From assembly GCF_017427765.1 (NCBI RefSeq), contig NZ_JAFRSC010000010.1, positions 998-64,997 on the forward strand: a stretch of 64,000 bases of DNA. The letters run 5' to 3'. Both the position numbers and the translations under genes were made by a program. The stretch is from Methanobrevibacter sp. (GTDB lineage Archaea; Methanobacteriota; Methanobacteria; Methanobacteriales; Methanobacteriaceae). A model generated the notes under the pieces. It searched no databases and had not been told where the DNA came from. It worked only from the letters and a program-made list of their open reading frames with translations. This document shows positions 18,980-29,384 of this stretch, piece by piece; position 1 is the first letter of the stretch; each line of letters begins with the position of its first letter.

Positions 18980-21900
18980 ATGAAATTAAAAAATATGTTA
19001 ATAATATTGTCATGTTTGTTTGTTGCGATGTTATGCATAGGTTCAGTTGCAGCTATTGACAATGTTGATGATAATTTAACTTCAGATTCATCAAGTATGG
19101 AACTTAAAATGAATGATGAATCTGAATTGAGTGTAATTAATGATGATTCGGTATTGTCCGAGCCTCAAATTATTGAGATTGGGGAATACGGCGAATATCA
19201 CAGAGAAATGAGTGATCACACTATTAGAAATGCAATTCAATCTGCCAATAGTGGTGATACAATAATTATCAAGGGAGGTTATTACGACCACTGTCATGTG
19301 GTAATTGATAAGAAATTAACCATTAAAAGTGATGTTGGAACAAATCTAAGCGCCTGTACAAGTACTGCTGTTTCCGGCTCTGAAGGAATATTTTATCTTA
19401 CTTCCGCAGCCAGCGGCACAATTATTGAAGGATTTAATTTCAACAATCTTGACGGAAATATATTCTCTGCCGGAGGCTATTCTATTTTTATCGATGGTGC
19501 TTCAGATGTCATTATCCGAAACTGTACCTTTTCTAATGAAAATTTAGGTGATGTATACGGTAATGCTATAAGAGTGGAGAATACAAAAAATGTTATAGTT
19601 CAGAATGTAACCATTTCTGATACTGTAAATGGAATTAAAATTAAAAATTCAAACGATGTAAAGGTAAGTGAATCCATTATCAAAAATTCAAATTATGGTA
19701 TTTATGTTGATGACTCTAACCAAACAAGAATAGAATATAATAATATTTATGAAAATACTGCTGCAGGTATTGAAATAGCAGGCACAAGCGCAAATCCGAC
19801 AGTAATTTACAATAACATTACAAATAACACTTTTGGTATTGAATTAACATCATCTGATAATATTAAAATTTTAAGCAATTACATTGCCTATAACACTAAA
19901 TATGGTGTTTATGTAAACTGTTATGTTAAAAGAATAGTAATTAATGGTAATTTCTTCAGATTAAATACATTGGGAGAAGTTTTCAATAGTGATGCAGCTA
20001 AGAATTTATGGAAATCCGGCGGAGAAAAGCTGGAAGAGATAAATAACAACTACATGATTGGACTTGATGAGCGTGCAGTCTACCGTTCTTTTAGTGGTGG
20101 AGTATTTTTAGGATATGTATTTGAAATTAATGAAAATGTAAACTGTCCTGTTATTTATTTCACTTATGGTCCTACCCAATGGTCATTAAGCGGAAATTAT
20201 GAGTTGCAGTTAAGTAACCTCACTCAAGTTAAAAAAGGAATATACTCCATTTCTATCGTGGATGAAAATGGAACTGTTGCATCTGATTTAAGCTCTGTTC
20301 CGGTTACTTTCTATCTCAATAAACAGGATAAAAAAGCAGAACCTCAAAGCGGAAATATCTATAAAACAGTAATGATGAAAAACGGAACTGCAACAGTAAG
20401 ATTTTACGAGGAAGAATTTAATCAAACAGGTAATGTCTTAACTGCGGTTTTCCCAACTGACGGAGTCAATTTTGACAGCAAGGTATCGAGGTCACTAGAT
20501 ATCAGTGATAGTGATATTCCAGGAACTCCAACAAATACAACATTTAAGGTTTCTAATTTAAACACTTATCCTAAATCCAACGAATATTTAATTGCTACAT
20601 TGTTGGACAATATGGGAAAACCAATTGTCGGTGCGCCTGTTGTATTCAACATTAATTCAAAGACAAATACTGTAAAAACTGACAGCAACGGTCAGGCTAA
20701 ACAGAAAGTATATGAAACCAAGGAAGGCACTTACAATGCCAAAATATCTTACGCTGGTGATGAAACTGATTATCTTGGATCTTCCGCCCAGGCTAAAGTG
20801 ATTGTTAAAACACAAACAACTAAAATCATATCTTCAAATCTTAATATGATTCCTAAAATGGCGGAATATTATTCAATAACATTAAAAGATGGTTCAAATA
20901 AGGTAATCAGTAAACAAACTATTAAATTTACAGTAAATGGTAAAACTTACAGTAGAACTACTGATTCCAAGGGTGTTGCAAAGGTAAAACTCCAATTTAA
21001 TCAGAATAAGAAAACTTATAAAATTACTATTAAATTTGCAGGAACCAACAAATACAAAGCAACTTCAAAAACAAACACTATTAATGTTAAATATTCCTCA
21101 AAAACAGCAAAACTGACAGCTCCTAGTGTTACTATTACTCCAAAAACTTCCAAATCATATACTGTTACACTAAAAGATGGAAACGGCAAAGCATTGTCCA
21201 AACAAAAGGTAACTATTAAAGTCAATGGAAAAACTTATACCAAAACTACCAATTCTAAAGGTCAGGCATCTGTCAGCGTTAAATTTACTAGTTTAAAAAC
21301 ATATAAGGTCTCCGCAAGTTATGCTGGAAACAAAATCTATAAGAAAGCTTCCGCAACAGGTCAAATTAAAGTTGCAAAAACAGCCACTAAAATAATCGCT
21401 CCTACAGTCTCAGCGGTTCCGAAGGAGTCAAAAACATACACTATAACTTTAAAAACAAGTTCTGGTTCTGCTCTCTCCAAGCAGAAAGTCACCCTTAAAG
21501 TCAATGGTAAGACTTATACCAAGACAACTAACAATAAGGGTCAGGCCAGCATAAGCGTTAATTTGGCATCTGAAAAGACTTATCCGGTCACTATAAACTT
21601 TAAAGAAACAACAATCTATAAGGCTTCTAAAGCTACTGGAAAAATTGTTGTGGCAAAAATTAACACACAGCTTATTTCTTATGACAGAACATACTCCAAA
21701 GGCTCTCCGATTGATTACAAAATAACATTAAAGGACAAATCAGGAAATGCTTTGAAAGGTCAAAAAATCACTTATTCAATTAATGGTAATAGTTTCAGCC
21801 AACTGACTGACACAAACGGCCAAATAAAACCTGATTTTACAAATCAGACTGGAGATTCATTTAAAATATCTGCAAACTATGGTGGAAATAACAAATACAA

Positions 21901-23284
21901 AGCAACATCCAAAACAAATGTAATCACAATTTTGGATGAAACCGGTGTTGTATTTGTAGATGACGGTTTGCCAAACTCAGAAATTCAAACTATTTTAGAT
22001 ACTGCGGCTGATGGTTCAAATGTGGAGTTTTTAGGTGATTCTTACTTTAATATTGCATTGAATATTAAAAAACCTTTAAATATTTATTCCAATGATAAGA
22101 CAATATTGAATGCTAAGGCAAATAATCCGACTTTGATAATCTCTGCAAATGAGGTAAACATAACTGATTTTGTTATCTGTGGAAACTCAGGTGATGCAGT
22201 TGTCATAAAAAATGCGAATAATGTGGTATTATTTGATAACTCTATTACAAATCACTTGGATGAATCAAAAATAGAAAAATATGTTGATGGATCTCTTATG
22301 ATTCCAGGTTATGGAGTTACAATTTCAAATTCCACCAATGTTAAAGTCAATCAAAATAACATTGAGGCATTTGAAAGTGGAATTTTCGCCGAATATTCAT
22401 CTGATATTGTCATTGACAATAATACTGTTGTGGAAAATAATTATGGTGTAAAATACGGATTTGGTGTTGCTAACACTAATATAACCAATAATGAAATCAG
22501 ATCATCTGTCGGATTAATCATCATGACTGTTCCTGAAGGACCAACAGGGTATGGAATATACTTGAACAATTCAGCTGTTAATGTTACAATAAATAAAAAC
22601 CATATCTATAATAACTTTATTGGTATTTCTCTTGATGCAAACTACTCAACTGGCATTGTAATTACTCAAAACACTATTACCGACCAAATTCTTGAAGGTA
22701 TAAGATTCAATGCAGGTTACGACTTGGCAGAAAATGCAGTTGAGCCTCATGTAACTGATAATGCAATTTACAGAAATGCAAGAGGTCCAAGTATGATGAT
22801 TTTGGGTGAGATGAGTGCAAATCCATTTGGAATTTATGGTCCCGGACAATGGAACGAATCATTAAGGTTAAAAATAGAGCCTAACTGGTACGGTACAAAC
22901 CAAATCATAACTTGGGATAATGATACTGGTTATGTGGGCTATGGAACAATGTGTCCTAGAATCAGCACTTCCGAGATTAAATTCAATGAAATTACCTACA
23001 ACGACGGCGCTTATGAAATCGAATTCTATAAGAATGGCGTTAAAGCAGACAATCTTCCTGAATTTGACTTGTTTGCTACACTTAACTGGGGCAGTGACAA
23101 AGCTGTTGAAGTTAATTTCGATGTTGTTAATGGTGTAGGTTCATTTGTTTTTGACTCTGAGGATTATATTGCAACCAATAACACTATTTCAATTACAGTT
23201 GCGACTTTAATTGATTCCACATCCAGAGTTCCTAAAATAATCTATTCCTATGATGTTCCGGAAAGCGAAATTCCAGCAAAATAA
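18980..23284 (+). CDS. Large adhesin-like protein: beta-helix, 4-5 Ig-like repeats, second beta-helix
   Basis: Signal peptide; 'VNGKTYTKTT..KGQAS' repeats between two Asn-rich beta-helix domains. Confidence 0.9.
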   Translation: MKLKNMLIILSCLFVAMLCIGSVAAIDNVDDNLTSDSSSMELKMNDESELSVINDDSVLSEPQIIEIGEYGEYHREMSDHTIRNAIQSANSGDTIIIKGGYYDHCHVVIDKKLTIKSDVGTNLSACTSTAVSGSEGIFYLTSAASGTIIEGFNFNNLDGNIFSAGGYSIFIDGASDVIIRNCTFSNENLGDVYGNAIRVENTKNVIVQNVTISDTVNGIKIKNSNDVKVSESIIKNSNYGIYVDDSNQTRIEYNNIYENTAAGIEIAGTSANPTVIYNNITNNTFGIELTSSDNIKILSNYIAYNTKYGVYVNCYVKRIVINGNFFRLNTLGEVFNSDAAKNLWKSGGEKLEEINNNYMIGLDERAVYRSFSGGVFLGYVFEINENVNCPVIYFTYGPTQWSLSGNYELQLSNLTQVKKGIYSISIVDENGTVASDLSSVPVTFYLNKQDKKAEPQSGNIYKTVMMKNGTATVRFYEEEFNQTGNVLTAVFPTDGVNFDSKVSRSLDISDSDIPGTPTNTTFKVSNLNTYPKSNEYLIATLLDNMGKPIVGAPVVFNINSKTNTVKTDSNGQAKQKVYETKEGTYNAKISYAGDETDYLGSSAQAKVIVKTQTTKIISSNLNMIPKMAEYYSITLKDGSNKVISKQTIKFTVNGKTYSRTTDSKGVAKVKLQFNQNKKTYKITIKFAGTNKYKATSKTNTINVKYSSKTAKLTAPSVTITPKTSKSYTVTLKDGNGKALSKQKVTIKVNGKTYTKTTNSKGQASVSVKFTSLKTYKVSASYAGNKIYKKASATGQIKVAKTATKIIAPTVSAVPKESKTYTITLKTSSGSALSKQKVTLKVNGKTYTKTTNNKGQASISVNLASEKTYPVTINFKETTIYKASKATGKIVVAKINTQLISYDRTYSKGSPIDYKITLKDKSGNALKGQKITYSINGNSFSQLTDTNGQIKPDFTNQTGDSFKISANYGGNNKYKATSKTNVITILDETGVVFVDDGLPNSEIQTILDTAADGSNVEFLGDSYFNIALNIKKPLNIYSNDKTILNAKANNPTLIISANEVNITDFVICGNSGDAVVIKNANNVVLFDNSITNHLDESKIEKYVDGSLMIPGYGVTISNSTNVKVNQNNIEAFESGIFAEYSSDIVIDNNTVVENNYGVKYGFGVANTNITNNEIRSSVGLIIMTVPEGPTGYGIYLNNSAVNVTINKNHIYNNFIGISLDANYSTGIVITQNTITDQILEGIRFNAGYDLAENAVEPHVTDNAIYRNARGPSMMILGEMSANPFGIYGPGQWNESLRLKIEPNWYGTNQIITWDNDTGYVGYGTMCPRISTSEIKFNEITYNDGAYEIEFYKNGVKADNLPEFDLFATLNWGSDKAVEVNFDVVNGVGSFVFDSEDYIATNNTISITVATLIDSTSRVPKIIYSYDVPESEIPAK

Positions 23285-23443
23285 ATATGTTTTTTACATA
23301 TTTATTCTTTTTTTATTTTTTCATGTAGATGACATTATTTTTTAAAGCTATTTTTCAAAATAAGTATATTTAAATTGATGTTTCCATAATTTAAATGGTG
23401 TGTTATTAATATAAACATCAAAATAATTAATCAAATATTCAAT

Positions 23444-23845
23444 TTAATCAATAGTGAATTCGCACTCGCTGCATGTTTTAGTTTGGAATTTCACAACCCC
23501 ACCACACTTCGGACATAACCACTTTTCACGATCCTGTGCCATCATACGTCCAATGCCGGTGGTTTTTATTCTTTTTGCACTTTCAAGTGTGTTTAAATCA
23601 TGCCTTTTAACATATTTTTTGGAGTGTTTTTTCATTAATGGGCATGGAAATTCACTGCAGCGCCCACAATAACTGAAATTTTTAGAATCAAAGCATGTTT
23701 TTATCTTACATTTCAAACTGGCTTTGCTTTTACCGTCATTACTTATTAAACATCCTGCACATGGATTTTGGTATTTTTCACAGCTGATACAATTTATTCC
23801 ACAGGGTGCAAGCAATTTTGAATCAATTTCATCAGGCATTTTCAT
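23444..23845 (-). CDS. DUF3795-family Cys-rich protein
   Basis: 'APCGINCISC', 'CAGC', 'CGRCSEFPC', C-terminal CPKCG..CSEC. Confidence 0.8.
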   Translation of the reverse strand: MKMPDEIDSKLLAPCGINCISCEKYQNPCAGCLISNDGKSKASLKCKIKTCFDSKNFSYCGRCSEFPCPLMKKHSKKYVKRHDLNTLESAKRIKTTGIGRMMAQDREKWLCPKCGGVVKFQTKTCSECEFTID

Positions 23846-24005
23846 AATTGTATTATGTTTGATTTTATATTTAAAATTGCAGTCACCATGTAAAGTTGCT
23901 CTTTCTTTGAAATATTAATTTGTGGTCTGTAAATTGATTTGGGTCCATAAAATTGTTTTATTTTAAAACTGGGGATTTATATAGTTTTAAAACTAAAATA
24001 AATCT

Positions 24006-24746
24006 ATGAATATTGTAAATATCAAAAATAAATTAATTTTAATTTTTGAATTATTATTATCATTATTTTCAGTTGATGATATTAAGGCATGTCTTGATGA
24101 CAAAAAAGGAGGTTTGGTTCTACCGAGTTGTGGGGGTCATGTAGAAGATGGAGATTGGATTAAATATAAACTATTGAAGGTTGATAAATCACTTAAATCA
24201 ATTAATCGTAATGATTTGCCTGATGATTTTTGTGATGATGCATGTAATCTAATTGATGAATTTAGACGCAAAACGGTGAGTGAAAAAGTTGAGTGGTTGA
24301 TGTACTTTGATTATAAGACTGGTGAAATAGTTTACTGCTGGCGAGGGGAAGAAGGAAAATGTAGTAGTGATATTGATAGAAAAAATTTTGTAGGGAAAAA
24401 TATTGCTACGATTCATAATCACACGGGGAAATATTATTCATTTCCATCTCCGGATAATTTTGATATATTAGAAAATGATTTTGAGGATTATGAGATTATT
24501 ACTTCAATTGATGCATTTTGGACAGTTGAATTCAAAGGGTCTATTTCTAAAAAATTAAGAGAAAATTTCCAATTGAATCTTTCAATAGAATTTGAAAAAA
24601 TGGAATTTGAAATTAAGTCACGTTATGTTGATGTGTTAATGGTGAGGCATATGAGCGAAATGTTATTTAGTGAGTATTTACTAAATGATATTGAGAAAAG
24701 TATTGAAAACATACCATTAGTTCTAAATAAAAAGGAGTATGAGTAA
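24006..24746 (+). CDS. Hypothetical protein with JAB/MPN-like HxH motif (start uncertain)
   Basis: 'E...IATIHNH...FPSPD'; an internal GGAGG near 24108 suggests a later start. Confidence 0.55.
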   Translation: MNIVNIKNKLILIFELLLSLFSVDDIKACLDDKKGGLVLPSCGGHVEDGDWIKYKLLKVDKSLKSINRNDLPDDFCDDACNLIDEFRRKTVSEKVEWLMYFDYKTGEIVYCWRGEEGKCSSDIDRKNFVGKNIATIHNHTGKYYSFPSPDNFDILENDFEDYEIITSIDAFWTVEFKGSISKKLRENFQLNLSIEFEKMEFEIKSRYVDVLMVRHMSEMLFSEYLLNDIEKSIENIPLVLNKKEYE

Positions 24747-24941
24747 ATGGCTAATGAAATGAAAAGTGAGGATCTCTGTCATGTATATAAATGTGGAGGG
24801 GTTCCGATGTATCCTATAGAACATTCAATTTTTAAAAAAAGAATTATAAATCAATCTGAAGAATATGTTAAAAATAGAGAAAAACGTGTTGTAAATTTTT
24901 TAAATAGGCATGGTTTTGATTTAACTGTTGATGAAATTTAA
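24747..24941 (+). CDS. Small hypothetical protein coupled to the upstream gene
   Basis: AGGAG RBS inside the upstream gene; TAAATG junction. Confidence 0.6.
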   Translation: MANEMKSEDLCHVYKCGGVPMYPIEHSIFKKRIINQSEEYVKNREKRVVNFLNRHGFDLTVDEI

Positions 24942-25022
24942 AATTGTTACTTTGCATATATAGTATTAAAAAATCTTATTTTTACGATACATTTATAAAT
25001 AAACAAAATAAAATATTTTATT

Positions 25023-25100
25023 ACTGTTATTTTTTAGCAGTGAAAATATACTTTTTTTGGGATAAGTTCCCATATGGATGTGGCCCTTGTGGCTGAACAA
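25023..25100 (+). promoter_or_regulatory. Structured 5' leader of rpl15e (possible eL15 autoregulatory leader)
   Basis: Hairpins ACTGTTA/TAGCAGT and TGGGA-taagt-TCCCA, GC-enriched, between the TATA box (~24992) and the start at 25114. Confidence 0.45.
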
Positions 25101-25113
25101 AAAGGTGTTATTT

Positions 25114-25671
25114 ATGTATAAATATATAAGAGACGCATGGAAAAATCCAGATGAGTCTTACGTACGTGAACTCATGTGGCAAAGAGCTCCTAAATGGAAA
25201 AATCAGAAAGCAGTTCAAAGAATTGAAAGACCAACTAGACTCGACAGAGCTAGAAGTTTAGGTTACAGAGCTAAAAAAGGTTTCGTTGTAGTAAGAACCA
25301 GAGTAAGACGTGGTGGAAGAAGAAAAACTCGTCGTTTCAATGGTCGTAAACCTAAAAGAATGGGTGTAAACAAAATTACCCAAGCAAAATCTATTCAAAG
25401 AATTGCTGAAGAACGTGTAGCTAAAAAATACCCTAACATGGAAGTTTTGAACTCTTACTGGGTATGGTCTACAGGAAAACATAAATATTACGAAGTAATT
25501 TTAGTAGATCCTAACAGTCCTTCTATCATTAACGATAAGAAAATCAATTGGATTTGTTCCAAAAAACACACTAACAGAGCTCTCAGAGGCTTAACCAGTG
25601 CTGGTAACAAAGGTCGTGGAATCAAATCTAAAGGAAAAGGGTCTGAACAAGCTAGAAGAAGAAAAATCTAA
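25114..25671 (+). CDS. rpl15e: 50S ribosomal protein L15e
   Basis: '[21 protein letters not shown]', 'LNSYWV', 'RGLTSAG'; start MYKYIRDAW after AAGGTG. Confidence 0.97.
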   Translation: MYKYIRDAWKNPDESYVRELMWQRAPKWKNQKAVQRIERPTRLDRARSLGYRAKKGFVVVRTRVRRGGRRKTRRFNGRKPKRMGVNKITQAKSIQRIAEERVAKKYPNMEVLNSYWVWSTGKHKYYEVILVDPNSPSIINDKKINWICSKKHTNRALRGLTSAGNKGRGIKSKGKGSEQARRRKI

Positions 25672-25695
25672 TTTTTTCTTCTTTTTTTGATTAAA

Positions 25696-26124
25696 ATGAT
25701 TCATAATATTAAATTTAGAGCTTTTGTTTATGAAAATGAAAGTGTTGATGAAATTTCTCAAGCTATTTTAAACATTCTTCCTGAAGCTGAAATCGAAGCA
25801 GAAGAGGCTGAAGGAATTCTGGAAGATAAGATTATAATTTTATCCGGTACAGTATCCAAGAAAAGATACACAAAGACTTTTTTTAACACACTCCTTGAGT
25901 GGACAGATTTGGAAAAATTAAATGATGATTTAGAGCGCAAAACAGATGAAAAAGGTAACTGGTTTTTAAGATTTGACAAAAATGATGCGCTGGATGAAAA
26001 ATGGACTATCCTCGATTCAGGTGATTCAATCCATCTTAAGGTAAAGATTGCGGCTTATCCTGCAAAAAAAGATATTGCAGTTAGCAAAGTCCGTGAAGCT
26101 ATTTTAGCTGTTAATGAAAAATAG
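25696..26124 (+). CDS. RNA-binding protein (COG1325/DUF54)
   Basis: 'FLRFDK', 'GDSIHLKVKIAAYPA'; usual neighbour of rpl15e in archaea. Confidence 0.8.
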   Translation: MIHNIKFRAFVYENESVDEISQAILNILPEAEIEAEEAEGILEDKIIILSGTVSKKRYTKTFFNTLLEWTDLEKLNDDLERKTDEKGNWFLRFDKNDALDEKWTILDSGDSIHLKVKIAAYPAKKDIAVSKVREAILAVNEK

Positions 26125-26209
26125 ATTTTTCCAGGATTTTGATAATATTTTCAGATTAATAAGTTAACTTTATTTTAAATTTTCTCCAATATAATATTAA
26201 GGTGAAAAA

Positions 26210-26599
26210 ATGGAGAAAAAAAGTTATTATTTAATAATTTTATTGATTGCTTTTGTAATATGCATTGGCGCATTTCTTTATCAATTCAATAATGATGTTC
26301 CTACCTTCATAATGATAAACGAAACTGAAGTAGCTGAAAATGCGTCATTTTCAGGCATGTTATCTGATGCTTACGGTTATGGAGTTGCAAACCAAACAAT
26401 AACATTCCACAAACCTGGCTATGAATTGGGAACTCTTGTAGATGTTGTAACGGACGATACCGGTAAATTTACTATTGAAAATGCCGAGTATTTGCCTGAT
26501 GCGGGCGGTGAAAATTATTATGGTAATTTTACATTTGCAGGTCACGGCAAATATAAAGGATGCACATATGAGGGCAATGTTACAGTAGTTTCTAAATAA
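26210..26599 (+). CDS. Membrane-anchored Ig-like domain protein
   Basis: N-terminal TM; 'VANQTITF', 'TDDTGKF', 'FAGHGKY'. Confidence 0.65.
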   Translation: MEKKSYYLIILLIAFVICIGAFLYQFNNDVPTFIMINETEVAENASFSGMLSDAYGYGVANQTITFHKPGYELGTLVDVVTDDTGKFTIENAEYLPDAGGENYYGNFTFAGHGKYKGCTYEGNVTVVSK

Positions 26600-26651
26600 T
26601 TGAACCTCTCCGGCTTTAAGAAGCCGGAGAATTCTAGCACAAAAGTGTTAA
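26600..26651 (-). mobile_element. ~52-bp IS200/IS605-derived palindromic mini-element, copy 1
   Basis: Reverse complement reads TTAACACTTTTGTGCTAGAATTCTCCGGCTTCTTAAAGCCGGAGAGGTTCAA. Confidence 0.65.
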
Positions 26652-26657
26652 ATATTT

Positions 26658-27338
26658 CTATTCATAATCTTCACAATAACATCCAAAGGATATGGAATGT
26701 CCTAAATGACAATAATACTCAACGTATCCATCACTGTCAAAATCGCCAACTATCGCTCCCCCACCATCTAAAAATTCTTCATAGCAGTGTCTGCAGCCCA
26801 AACCGCAGTAGCCTCCGCGAATCCTTTTATTGTTTTCTATTTTTTTATTAGTTATTTCTTTTTCTTTGGTGATTCTAGCTTTTTCCTGTTCTTTTCTTGC
26901 TTTTTCTAATTCTGTTGTTATGAAGTATTTGATTTCTTCATCACTCATTTTTTCTTTTTTACTGATAAGCTTATTTTTTAGGAGGTCTTTAATGTAAATT
27001 ATATGTATTTGGTCAATCTTGTTTTCTCTTATTTTTGATTTGATTTCTTCTGATTCAAATATTTCATCAATTGTTTTTAGTGTTTTCTTTTCTTCAGCTT
27101 TCTTTTTTTCTATACTGTTGTGCACGGATTTTAATATAGTATTATTCTGGTTTATATCAGATCTGTCTATTTTAGTTCCGCAGTTGGTGCAGAAGTTATC
27201 CTCTTTTCTTAATTTGGTTCCGCAGTTGGTGCAAAAATTATTGTCTGTTCTTACTTTATATCCGCAGTTGGTGCAAAATTTATCTTCTTTTCTTATTTCA
27301 TGCCAGCAGTTGGTGCAAAAATTGGCCATAATATACAC
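26658..27338 (-). CDS. Zinc-ribbon repeat protein (4x FCTNC) with Cys-rich C-terminus
   Basis: Four tandem 14-aa FCTNCx repeats; C-terminal 'CGLGCRHC...YCHLGH...CYC'. Confidence 0.8.
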   Translation of the reverse strand: MYIMANFCTNCWHEIRKEDKFCTNCGYKVRTDNNFCTNCGTKLRKEDNFCTNCGTKIDRSDINQNNTILKSVHNSIEKKKAEEKKTLKTIDEIFESEEIKSKIRENKIDQIHIIYIKDLLKNKLISKKEKMSDEEIKYFITTELEKARKEQEKARITKEKEITNKKIENNKRIRGGYCGLGCRHCYEEFLDGGGAIVGDFDSDGYVEYYCHLGHSISFGCYCEDYE

Positions 27339-27469
27339 TTCTCAAATTATTCTCCTTAAACAAATTTCAGTCAAAAAACTTATTTATATCTTGTGTATAT
27401 TTTTAATGAGAGATATGTCTTTTTGAAACGTAGGGAGATTTTAATAAGTATGTTGGCCAAAAATAGATA

Positions 27470-29272
27470 ATGAGTGAAAATCATTTTGGTGAGAAAATGA
27501 ATAATGCTTTAAAAGGTAAACTTTTCATAGTTGGATTGTTCTTATTTTGCATATTTTTTTACATTGGAGTTTTTGGAGCTAATAATATGGTCATTGGAAT
27601 GTTTATTGCAATGGCCGCACTCATGAATTTGGGAAATGATTTTACATATAAACCTAAATTATCATTTTTTAAAGTACTGTTGTTGCTTTTGATTTTGGGA
27701 ATTGTTGCATTTTTAAATAATCCAATAAGTATTTTTGGCTGTATTTTAACGTTTTTTGTTGTATTTGGAGTAACAATAACATCTTATCATTTGTTTGCCA
27801 CAAGCGTTTATTTGCCATATTTGATGTTATATTTCATGATGATGAGCTGTCTTCCTGTTTCTTTTGAAGAATTACCTATGAGACTTTTATCCCTTGTTGT
27901 TGGTGCAATTTTCATCGTTGGGATTAATCTTATTGTTAATCGCAATAAGAAATTTAAATTATCAAAGCAAACTATAGATTCATTAGTTTTGGAATTAAAT
28001 AATGCTGTTGATTTGAAATTGGCTGGAGATGAGGTTTCAAAAGAAAATTTTAAAACAGCTAATGGTTTTTATTTAAACATGTTTTATCATTTTGAATATA
28101 AATTTTTCCCGTCTCCAGTCCAAAGGTCTGTTTTAAATATAGTCAAATCATTCCAGCATATTGGGGCTATTGTTGCAGATTATGATTTGTCGGTGAATGA
28201 ACTGGACGGAATTAAAAAGATATTGTATAATCTAAAAGATATAAAATCCCTTGAGTTTTTTGAAAGTATCGATGTTGATACAAAAGAAATGAATATTGTG
28301 CTTTTAAACTTTGAATACATCGTCGATGAATTGAATAATGTTGATTCAACTAGAGAATTTATTCTTCCGGATAAGAAATATATTCGCTCACTAATTAAAC
28401 CAGTAATTAAAAGAAGTTTTTCATTCAGATCAGTTAAATTTGCATTCGCATTTAAAATGGCTATTATTCTTACATTATGGGAAATTCTAACGTTACTATT
28501 TAATCTTCCTTTAACAAAATGGTTATATTTTGCAACTATTCCTATGATGGCGCCGTATATTAATGACTTGGCAGATTCTGCAAAAAAACGCCTTAAGGGT
28601 ACAGTTGGTGGGGCTTTGATTTTCATTTTAATTATTATCGCAGCACCATATCTTCCACTTTCTTCAGACATCCTGATGTTGGTGGTAATGATTGTATGTA
28701 TGGCTGTAATAGTCTATAATTTAAAGAATACTTTAATTGTAACTACTGTTACAACAGTAATGTCTGTTATGGCTGTATTGTCTTATGTTGCTCCTGACAT
28801 TGCAATTGAATTAAAAGTCCTGTGGGTTTTGATTGGAGCAGCAGTTGCAATAGCCTTAAATTATATCTTCCTGCCGTATTCGGTTGAAAAAGAGAGCGAA
28901 AATAATTTAAAAGCCAGATATAAGTTTAATGGTGAATCAATAAACATGATTAAAGAAGAGTGTAATGAGAAAATTTCTTCTAAAAAAACTTCTTTACTTG
29001 TCATGAGTGATATTTGCGGAGAAAACATTGAAATAACTGATGAAAATAAATCGTTATTTGAATTGCAGGTAAAAATTACAGATATTTCTAACTTTATATT
29101 AACCTATATCTGCAAATATGATTTATCAGATGATTTTAAGAATAATATGGTTGATATAATTGACAATGGTGCTGATGTAAATGATGATCTTGAAAATAAA
29201 GAAAAAATTATTCTTCATTCATTAGGTTATCTTATGGATTTATTTAAGGAGGAAAGCAAATATTTCAATTAA
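27470..29272 (+). CDS. FUSC-family membrane protein
   Basis: Two TM blocks; 'FAFKMAI', 'KRLKGTVGG', 'LIGAAVAIALNYIFLP'. Confidence 0.8.
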   Translation: MSENHFGEKMNNALKGKLFIVGLFLFCIFFYIGVFGANNMVIGMFIAMAALMNLGNDFTYKPKLSFFKVLLLLLILGIVAFLNNPISIFGCILTFFVVFGVTITSYHLFATSVYLPYLMLYFMMMSCLPVSFEELPMRLLSLVVGAIFIVGINLIVNRNKKFKLSKQTIDSLVLELNNAVDLKLAGDEVSKENFKTANGFYLNMFYHFEYKFFPSPVQRSVLNIVKSFQHIGAIVADYDLSVNELDGIKKILYNLKDIKSLEFFESIDVDTKEMNIVLLNFEYIVDELNNVDSTREFILPDKKYIRSLIKPVIKRSFSFRSVKFAFAFKMAIILTLWEILTLLFNLPLTKWLYFATIPMMAPYINDLADSAKKRLKGTVGGALIFILIIIAAPYLPLSSDILMLVVMIVCMAVIVYNLKNTLIVTTVTTVMSVMAVLSYVAPDIAIELKVLWVLIGAAVAIALNYIFLPYSVEKESENNLKARYKFNGESINMIKEECNEKISSKKTSLLVMSDICGENIEITDENKSLFELQVKITDISNFILTYICKYDLSDDFKNNMVDIIDNGADVNDDLENKEKIILHSLGYLMDLFKEESKYFN

Positions 29273-29384
29273 TGGAGGCATAATTTCATTTTTGCCGATT
29301 TCAACATTAAAATTTTCTCAATAAAAAATAAAAAAATTGCAAGAAAAACTTGCAAATTATGATTTCTTTTTCACTGCTTCATTC

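Noticed and set aside
25078-25113. Longer N-terminus for L15e
   Set aside because: Conserved L15e sequence starts at MYKY (25114) with an AAGGTG RBS
27170-27320. Regularly spaced CAGTTGGTGCA repeats resembling a CRISPR array
   Set aside because: The 42-bp period encodes the FCTNC zinc-ribbon repeats; no cas genes
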